Part shown: piece after piece, positions 54,290-64,000 of the stretch
How the letters are laid out: each line of letters opens with the position of its first letter
Numbering within the stretch: position 1 is the first letter of the stretch
Origin: Octopus vulgaris
Taxonomy: Eukaryota
DNA: 64,000 bases
NCBI GenBank assembly: GCA_951406725.2
Contig: OX597814.1
Coordinates: 31,000,001 to 31,064,000, forward strand
Direction: 5' to 3'
Translations under genes and position numbers: made by a program
The notes under the pieces: model-generated
Told to the model about the DNA's origin: nothing
The model's database searches: none
Seen by the model: only the letters and a program-made list of their open reading frames with translations

Positions 54290-56280
54290 TTATTAATGAA
54301 TAGAATTATTACATCATGCGAAGAAAAACGTGAATGCATGCTTGAATTAATCATTTCAAGAGATTTTGAAATACAAGTAGGTGCCAAACCTTGTATAACA
54401 ATGATCTACTACACTAAATCTGACTTGGTTCGAATTAGTAAGTGCATTATCAACAGAATTCTACCCCTAGTTAAGTCTAAGGTTAAGCTTCCGCTTTGGA
54501 ATTGCACTGGTGACGTTATCATCTTTCTGAAAAACAGCACACCCATTTCCTCCAGTTTGACACCTCCAATTACAGTTGTTCCATATCACCAATTCTCTTC
54601 AATAAAGCCTTAATCTCGCTCGAAACTACGAACCTATATCACGATCTGACATTGATATCATCCTGGCTGCTAGGAAAACTCTAATCCACTTCAAAGATAA
54701 TTACTAGACCTGCAACGCATCTACCGATTTCTTCGATATAACCATGGTCTCCTCTGACTCAGCTTATTTGACTTAACCTATTCCTTCTTTTCCCAATTAA
54801 ACAATACTCCTCTAAATCTCTTCGGAGGACACTGGAGTGATGATGCACTCCTTAAACCCTTTGAATTATCTCGACCTTCTGTGGAACGCATCAATAAAGC
54901 CCTACATAATCTCTTTAAAAACTACAACCTAAGTATCTCATTGGAGAACGACACTAAGGTGGCCAATTTCTTAGACGTTACTCTGGACTTCAATGCAAAT
55001 CTATATCCCCATTTCAAAAATCCCAGTCAATCTCTAAAATACATAAACGTCCTATCAAATTACTTTAAACTTACCCTTAATCGTGTAGTCACAGGCATTT
55101 GTATCAGAATCTCCAATAAAGAAATTTTTATCAATCATGCCCCGTATCATAACCAGGCTCTAAAGATAAGTGGCTTCTGCGAAAAGATCTCATATATCCC
55201 CAATACTATGCTTAAAACAAAATTTGCTCATCTCTTGCCTAATACTGACCCCGAACCCCCACTGATCTTTCTTCCACTCAACGACAATCCATCAGCTCAT
55301 AAAAAAAAAACTATGCATCGCACTCGACAGCCCCACGAGCCACCTCGAACCTATAATAACTATAATCCTCCCTATCTAGACTCACTCTATCCACACGCTC
55401 TAAACATTCTAAGGGCAGGAAATGAGAGATCAAATGGTTCACATCACCTTACTCACTTTAAGTTAAATCTCTACCCAAAATTTTCTTTAAAATCCTAAAA
55501 TCTAACTTCCAACCACAGCATAAATTCTACCTTACTTTTAATAGATCATCTGTTAAACTCTTCTATCTACCACACCTAATTTGGGATCTATAATTGCTTC
55601 CTCTAACAGACAAAAACTACAATTTGTCCGGCTGAACATTGCTGTCACCCATCTAGTGGCAATAATCCACTCGACTAAATAATAACAGATCGAAGGCATC
55701 TTCCATACAATACTACCTATATGACCACATATACTAATGATCATACCCCCTCCTAATTCAAAACTTATACCGATGATATCTCCAGTTCTTCTTTACTAAA
55801 AACGGACTATTGGAACTTGACCTTCTCAGTGGTAAACTCCAACCAAAGAGCAGGTAGGAAAACTTGCAATTGTTGGGTAACTCATAGTCTACATGTACCG
55901 TGTAGACTACATGTAGACACATACTCTACATGTGCTACGCTCCCTCAAAGCAAAGGTCTATATCAGTGGTATAATGTCAATTTCAAGCGACGCTATCGAG
56001 CACACATGAATATATCTGTAATCCAAATTCTAAATTATCTATCCCCTTAGAAACTTACATACACACCCTCAAATCCCAAAATGTTCTCTATACACTATCC
56101 TGGTCCATCGTAAGCGAGGCACCCCGATACAACGCAAACATCTGTATTTGTAAATTGTGTGTAAGGGAATTGCTAACCATCCTTCGCAACCCCTCATTAA
56201 TTGATAGATTCTCAGATGTAATACTCTCTTTTATACATAAGTGCTACTCATCATTTGCCCATTTTATTAAATCTATGTAA
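54290..56280 (+). pseudogene. Decayed Penelope-like element (RT and GIY-YIG remnants)
   Basis: KSDLVRISKCIINRI, an xxDDAL-like segment at about 54835, VANFLDVTLD...KYINVLSN (ORF 54881-55498), and C-terminal WSIV...Y...CKLCVRE at about 56100-56170. Confidence 0.75.
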
Positions 56281-57410
56281 TCTCATTACTATAATTATCC
56301 TTAATCATAATTAACCACGGAGTATAAGCCTAGCAAATTACCCCCTCCTTTAATGCTAACATCTTATGAGATTACTCTCATGATTAGCATTGCAAATTCC
56401 TCTTATCCATCCCATCCCTCCCTCCTCACAGCCTCTTCATCGTCACGTGGTATCCTATCCCTATTGTCTCACTTCCTCATCAGCCAGAAACACTTAAAAC
56501 TTCCCCACTCAATTAGATACTAACCCATCAACCTCTCGCTCCGTTTCTATTCCCCTCCCTCTATTCAATTTCATACACCTCTGCATATCTCAGTACTCTC
56601 ACTCCTATACCAAACCACATTCAGTATTGGACTAACTACTACTATCTTCTCTCATACTTTTCTACATACCTTAGTAATCTCCCTCTATCACTGAATTAGA
56701 TACTTTCCCTCCCTCAAATAATTACCACTAATTTTCTTCACTGTCTTAAATTCCAATAATGCTATAGCTACTACTTCTAAACTTTGATACCTATACATAA
56801 ACCCAACACAAATGACCACCTTTCAATTACTATCTATCCTACCCCTCCCATTCATTTCCCATCTTTCCACCTCGAGGATCACCTCCCTTAATAGCATTGT
56901 TATTTACCCATTCCTACTTCCTGAAGTATCTCTCTTATCTCTTTTCACCATTCTCTGTCTTAAACCACCCCTATGACCGCACCAAACCTCCTACTTCACT
57001 TCTCTAATACAGTTAACTCTCCATATTTAATCATTCCATCTTTGAGGTTCTCTGCATTAAGATCTGAAATGTAAGATCTTCTATATCCAGATGACAGAAG
57101 CTCGTCTTTCCAATGTTGACCACATCCATATTGTGATGAACTGCATCTACCAACATTACCCTGGATCTCTGAGCCCCCAGAACAGCCGTTGGACTTATTA
57201 CATCTTTTACCACGCATTTGTAATCTCTGTCAGTTGGATCTATTAATATAAATATCTATATACATTTGCTTAAATATTCATCATCTGAAGGTCTCCGCCT
57301 TTTGCTTTCTTTCGATTAGCTTGTATACGAATATACATTTTTTTGTATTTCATGCCCAAACTACTATATTTAGTACATCTAATTTGTTTATCCGCATAAT
57401 TGCATCTCTC

Positions 57411-57443
<33 letters not shown>

Positions 57444-57469
57444 ACCTATCCATGTATGTATCTATTCTT

Positions 57470-57790
57470 TTATTCTTTTACTTGTTTCAGTCATTTGACT
57501 GCGGCCATGCTAGAGCACCGCATTAAAGAGCTTTAGTCGAAGAAACAGCCACAGGACTTACATTTTGTAATCCTATTACTTATTCTATTGGTCAGTTTTG
57601 CCGAACCCCTAAGTTACAGGAACATAAACACTTCAGTATCGGTTGTCAAGCGATGGTGGGGGAAGAAACACAGACAGACACACAGACACGCACATGCACA
57701 CATATACGACGATCCCCTTTCAGTTTCCGTCTACCAAATCCATTCACAAAGCTTTGGTCGGTCTGAGGCTATAGTAGAAGACACCTGCTC
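57470..57790 (-). mobile_element. Octopod SINE, 5'-truncated
   Basis: Reverse complement of 41400-41750. Confidence 0.8.
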
Positions 57791-57857
57791 AAAAGACGAA
57801 GGCAGGTGGAGTACAAACAAACAAATGTATTAGTATAGCGCTCAGGAATAGAAAAAG

Positions 57858-57895
57858 TCTTTTACGTTTCAAACCTACGCTCTTCGACAGAAAGA
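57858..57895 (-). ncRNA. Minimal hammerhead-like motif (CUGUCGA variant)
   Basis: UCUUU-CUGUCGA-A-GAGCguagGUUU-GAAA-CG-UA-AAAGA. Confidence 0.4.
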
Positions 57896-57933
57896 TATAC
57901 AGAAAAAAAACAAGGAGAGAAACATATATATAT

Positions 57934-58767
57934 ATACTTTGATACTTTGATACTTTGATAGGTTTCGGCCATTATTGGCCCAGGCCATGTCTAACTTAAT
58001 AGCATCACCTGGTGAAGTCTTTCAAGTCAGAATTTGGGCACTATGGCCCACTCAAGTAGAGAGTTATTGTTTACAGAGGCATATCCGGGTGTAGGGGGTT
58101 TATCCGGGATTTCTTGAAGGAATCTGTCCAAAGACTTCTTGAACCCTATAGGGTCAGTTTCTGTTTTAATGTGTTTTGGTGTAATGTTAAAGAGAGCGGG
58201 GCCAATTGAGGTGAAATAATTGTGCCGTATTGTTGTTATGAGATGAGAGTGCGATTTTTGTTTTGGGCGGATGGCACGGGGCCCAAGCCTTGGATGTACC
58301 TTAAAGGTGATGCCAACATCATTTGGGCAATGCTGATGGAATATTTTCCACATCATGCAGATGATGTAGCGCTCACGACGACGTTGGAGAGAATAGAGTT
58401 TTAGCTTTTCTAGTCGACCCCAATAGTCGAGGCCTGTCATGCCATCTATCTTTTTTGTGATTGCCCTTTGAGGTGCTTCGACTTTTTTGATACCTTGTAT
58501 TGTGTGGGGAGACCACAGTGGACAACAGTATTCAAGGTGGGGTCGGGCAAAAGTGGAGAAGAGAAGGATAATGGTGTGGATATCTCTCGACTGGAAAGTT
58601 CTGAGAATCCAGGAACACATTCTGCGGGCCATGTCAACTTTGGTGTTTATATGAGTGGCCCAGCTTACGTTGTTGTCCACAATTACTCCCAAGTCTCTGA
58701 TGTTGTTGGACGCCGCACTTACGTTGTTGTCCACAATTACTCCCAAGTCTCTGATGTTGTCTCTGAT
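57934..58767 (-). mobile_element. 5'-truncated CR1/L2/Jockey-group LINE (ORF2 C-terminus) with a tandem 3' tail
   Basis: Open frame RDLGVIVD...[14 protein letters not shown]...LKLYSLQRRRERY...FKKSLDRFL..IPD.P, a short 3' UTR and a (tcaaagta)n tail at 57935-57960. Confidence 0.9.
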
Positions 58768-58805
58768 ACATATATATACATACATACATATATATCTTTA
58801 TCTAA

Positions 58806-58812
58806 ATATCTA

Positions 58813-58879
<67 letters not shown>

Positions 58880-58894
58880 ATACATACGTATATT

Positions 58895-58982
<88 letters not shown>
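58806..58982. repeat. (TATC)n + (TA)n microsatellite
   Basis: Direct reading. Confidence 0.95.
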
Positions 58983-59084
58983 AAGTTAATCCAAACAAGG
59001 AAACAAAAACAAAAAAAACAACAACGCAAGGACTTCTTTCCTGAGCGTCCAATAATACTTTATTTGTTCCACGTCCTTGCGTTG

Positions 59085-59139
<55 letters not shown>

Positions 59140-60547
59140 TATTTGTGTATATATATATATATATACATGAAGTATAGTTTGTAGTTTGTATGATGCTTAC
59201 GTAAGGATTGGCACAAAGAGTGTAAATTCTTAAAATCCAACTTCTTAATCAGAGTAAAGTACTCTAGATGTAATAACTCATGCAAGTATATACCATGCCT
59301 CTAAAATGTTTCTCAAACATTCTTTATATAATGTATATGTATGCATGTAACCACTATCGAAGTTGAATACTTTTTCCATTGCTTCAAGTTTATCGCCGGA
59401 GACGCTTTCGTTCATGATATATCAACAAAGAGTTTTTTTTCAATGCTAACGAAATTAACGCCGGTATATAATGATCGTATTTCTTTTACCTTCAGTAGAT
59501 CAATAAATTATTTTCCTGCTGCAAATTCCTGGCTAAAATTCTTTTTTTTCTTTTTACTGTATTTTGACATCTCTGATTGTGATATCATTGTCATTTCACG
59601 TAACGCATATATGTGGATAAGGCTTTTGTATTTCCGTTTTTCTCATTCGAAAAAGTTAGATTCATGACTGACGAAAAAGCTTTTAAAGATGCCTTCGTTC
59701 ATACCAGTGGTAGATTTTTTTCCCTTGTTTCGTCCTATCTGCCTGAAATTTTACATTCACTTCGTAAATAACTGCCTTGATGATGAAATCTGAAATGCTG
59801 TTATATTTGTTTTCCTGGCTTTGTGAAAACTGAGCCTTGAGGTTTACTTGTTTTTATACTGTTGAAAATCTTTGTTCGGCTGTAACCGACATTGACGTCA
59901 TCTATTGGGTAATGTATAGTATATATGACTGGTTTGGTCGTGTAATTTTTTTAATTAGGGCTGAAAAAAATTAACTTCATTTTTGATATTTCTTGGGGTG
60001 AAATTGAACAAAATGATGCTATGCTTTCTACTTCTACTTTATTACTGTGTATTTTTTTAGTAGTTTCTATAGACTGATTCGACATGTATTTTATGATGGG
60101 GTTTAGGTAATAACTGGAACACGCACTGAAGATTGATGTAACTGACTATATATTAGTTATTCCTTTTATATCAATAACTAAACTTTTATGGTATTTGGCG
60201 CGCAGTTACAATCTTTATTTACGTACATCAGCTTATCGTTTAGCTTTCTGTAGTGTTGATATTTATCGGTTTTTAGCTTTAATATATCTCAATAGATAAC
60301 TATACTTATATCGGTAGTGACTATAATATGAATGCGATATTTTATAAAAGTACAAACCACTATTTTACTATATTCAATTAGAACATTCTGTTTGAATGTG
60401 TTTTTTTCTCTAGGCATGTCTGCACTGATTTTGTTTGTATTTTTAGTATCTTGTCAGTGTCATCGATTTCCAGATTACTCTTAAAATTTTATATGGAAAG
60501 AAGTATAAAAACAACACACAGCGCGTAAAATAATAGAGTGCTGTACT

Positions 60548-62092
60548 CAGCCACGTAGCCAGCTGATTGCAACTGGGGGTGCTATCTTGATAGCTGGAGG
60601 TGCTGAACGAGGGTACGGACAAAAGCCCCTACTTAAAGTATTAAAGTGGGCTAAAGCCTCATGCTTATATTTTTCGATTATTGTTTTCATTTTTTTTTCA
60701 CATTTCTTGACGCCTAGCCTGGTCAAAACTTCTGATATATTTCGTTTTTATTTTCATTTTACTTGTTGCAATCATTAAACTGAGGCCTTACTGGGGCATC
60801 ACCTCGAAGAATTTTAGTCGAATGTATCGACTCCAATATGTTTTTAAATGGTTTTCAATAAGCACATAGTTAAGCCTAATAGGTCTTTCGACATGCTAGA
60901 GATAACAGCCAAATCTTTAAACATTATTTTTTATATAATTTCAAATAAACATCGACCACGCGGCTGACAGTGTGTCTTCCCAACAATTCAATGATTTCGT
61001 TTTGCATTGCTGCTGAGGTGTAGGTCGCATTTTTTGGAATCGTGCTGTAACATTCCATTACCTTTGAGTCTTTATCTAATGTGTACTGGAATAATTTCAT
61101 AAAGAGACCACAAGGCTGTGTGTCATCTTCTGAATAAAGATCTTGAAAAGCTTCATTTCTGTTTCCTTGAAAAGGCAATTTATTTTCACAAAGAAAATGA
61201 ACAATATCAACAATGGAACTGATATAATAAACGATTTTTGTTCAACTGATCATTTTGCAAGTATGAAGACACGGATGTTGTTGTGGATAAACGCTGTTGG
61301 CATTCCTTCCATGTTACCATAGCTTGGATATGGGATGCAGCGTTTGCGTGCTTCGTTTTGTTTTCTTTTGCATGATGCCAATTAGAATATCCATGTTTGA
61401 TAAAACAATTATCAGCTTGAGCAGAAGTATTAAAGTGCCGGCAAGCAAAACAAAACAAGACTTTCTTTGAAAGAGAATACTCTAAACATAAACGACCAAT
61501 ATACCAGCTTGACAAGAAGTCATTTCTTTGATTTCCATAAATTTTTGGATCAAACTTTTCTAGAAATGGCTGCACTGGTTGGCACTCGACCTGTCCAAGA
61601 TCATCCAATGAGGGTGCCATGCAAGACCTCCCTTGAGCTGCTAAACTGCGTTTGCAATTCTCTTCTGTTTAGCATTATTAGGTGAATCAGATTGGAAATT
61701 CAGCAATGATTGCTTCAGTTCTCTTTTTCGGTAGTGATTCATTATTTTGGGGTACTGATATTTGAAATAATGAATTCTAAGGTAGAATATCGTTGTAAGA
61801 GTAACAATTTCTTAAAATTTATGTATTTTTAAACTAAACTCGTAAGAAATTTAAGTCCAAGTATTTTCCCCCTACTTCTTCATAGTTATGCTTTTTTAGT
61901 TAAACACAAAATGATTTCAGTATAAATTTTGTCCAAAGAAATAAGAAAAATTATTCAGTGAAAGTTCTCCCCTGAAAAATCCTTTCTGAATGTATATTTT
62001 GGGAAATTTCAAAAATTTTCTTTCCTTTATCGTGAATAATAATCCTCTTTGACTAGTAGATATAAAATGACTTTTTAATGTCCGTCTCTGTT

Positions 62093-62140
<48 letters not shown>

Positions 62141-62610
62141 CATGTGTGTGTGTAGAGAGAGAGAGAAAGAGAGAGAGATGCGTTTACTACCATAATTCTT
62201 CCCATATTTTTCAACAGCAACGACAATCACCAGCACCACCACTGCAGTTGACACCATGAGCACCACCATCACCACAACAACAGCAACTGACCCAGCGTCA
62301 CCCACTCCTTAACTCAACCCACAGTTGATGACCGGGTCAGCAGCCAATTCTGCGATAAAAAATTACAGCTACAACAAACACGTTCACCAGCTCTAATTTA
62401 ACCACGTTTTCATATCACTTAACTACTAAATGAAAAGAAATTCAATTTATAACATTTTTAACGACTTCAGATATTGCTTATGAGAAAAAGATGGCGGCGA
62501 CAATGTATTATTTCAAAAGTGGATAAAACAAATTCTCATACAGGGGGTGGGGGGTGAAATTCTAACTGGGGGTGCTGAGCACCCTAGAGCCCCCACGTGA
62601 CTAATGACTG
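60548..62610 (-). mobile_element. Internally deleted hAT DNA transposon (ZMYM1-like, TTF zinc finger)
   Basis: 8-bp TSD GCTGTACT at 60540-60547 and 62611-62618; imperfect TIRs cagccacgtagcca / tgactaatgactg; ORFs 61207-61620 (SWY..LEYS..FCFACRHF..GYSNW..H...H) and 60924-61178 (NATYTSAAMQNEII). Confidence 0.85.
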
Positions 62611-64000
62611 GCTGTACTACAAATTATACTAAAAGATTTTCTCCCAAACTTATATAGATTTTGTCCCAAATATATCATAGACATATGCAAACGTCTTGTC
62701 TTAAAATGCAACTTATTCGTAGGCTACTGTGGAAGGATGATGACTACCTCCACGTGACTAAAACTAGACTAACGCCTTGTGCCAGTTTAATATCGTAGTT
62801 TGGGGTACTACAGATTACGTTCTGTGTGAACATATTAATTCCGTGGAAGGTTATTCTAGATAACCATATCCAAACATTTATTTGGGTAATACTATTCTAC
62901 ACCCTTGTCACAACCCACCGGATTGGTTTCCAAACCTCTTCGTATTTCCTTTGTACCTGTGCATTTACCATCAAACTTCAACGCCTAAAAGCTTATGTAA
63001 AGGAATTATTTACGAACTATATATAGATTTCAATTGATCAGCAAGTCTTTTCGACGTGAAATCATATTCCGAGTGGAAAGTAAATAGTTCGAAGAGCTCT
63101 ATCACGAGGTACAGACGTAATGGCAAATTTCTTCCTAAACGTTTCAAATCTCAAATCAATTCGATGCGAAGTCATTCTATCGCTTGAACTCTAACTGCAA
63201 CACCGAAAATCTACTGGCGCAACCACAACAGCCACCACTAGGAATATTATCTTTGATTTTAGTGAGAATGAAAACCATATTTTTATGTCCAAATATTTAC
63301 GTCCAAAAATATGCCCAGTTTTATAAAATTAATGAATACCTATATCGTAGTTAAAATTGATAACTTAGTTAAAAAGTATAACAGAAAATTCCTCAATCTA
63401 AATATACTTTAGAATTAATTAAATAAATACCGATGAGTGTCATGTATTCATTTATGCCAATCACCTCACTTTATTTTGCCTCATCTAACTAGATGTAAGC
63501 TTTGTCACACCTACGACCCTCATTCACCTATTCAATAATTAATTTAATCATACGAATCACGAGTAAATCTTCAATTTAAGTTTGCTTAAATTCTAATTTA
63601 TGTTACTGTATAATAGTCAATAATCCTGGAATTTCAAACGATCAAACAAACAAATTCTCTTCTCAAATCTGAATAGCATTTAAAGAAAAAGTATTCCTAT
63701 TAAAGAACACCAATCTGTAAAGTTTATTCAATTCAGAGAAGACAGTTCCGAAACACGACTTTAGAAGAACCCCTATATAAAGAACCTACTTCATTGATTA
63801 TACAATTAACAAACATTTCCAGTCGTTCTTCCGAGAAATCTTTCGATCTTTGATAGGAAAAAAATGCATTAAGTTCTCAGTGTATAGCAGAATATATGAT
63901 GATATACCAGCCAATAATAGTGCTTCATGGTTGTCGCTCAACCTGCTAGAAATAGAAGTCAAATTTTTCTCAAACCACTCTTTAACTTCTTAAAAATGAT

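Overview
AT-rich, microsatellite-dense eukaryotic non-coding DNA. The tRNA-derived SINE families suggest an octopod cephalopod (inference from recognised repeat types). I found no credible host protein-coding exon, and most ORF-track entries are microsatellite artefacts. The window is a mosaic of decayed transposons: several Penelope-like (GIY-YIG) elements, three mariner derivatives, a hAT element with an 8-bp TSD, a young CR1/L2-type LINE 3' end, R4/Dong-like LINE fragments and many SINEs. The outstanding feature is a 4.4-kb array (9305-13708) of near-identical 360-bp units, about 9.1 in one orientation and then about 3.1 inverted, sitting in (TA)n. Each unit carries a minimal type I hammerhead ribozyme with a non-canonical CCGAUGA core, a palindromic stem III loop and a built-in antisense to both core halves. 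This looks like a non-LTR retrozyme (circular-RNA retroelement), probably mobilised by Penelope-like elements. Further hammerhead motifs, both canonical and variant, occur in Penelope-type terminal repeats elsewhere in the window. All structures were folded by eye and none has been tested.
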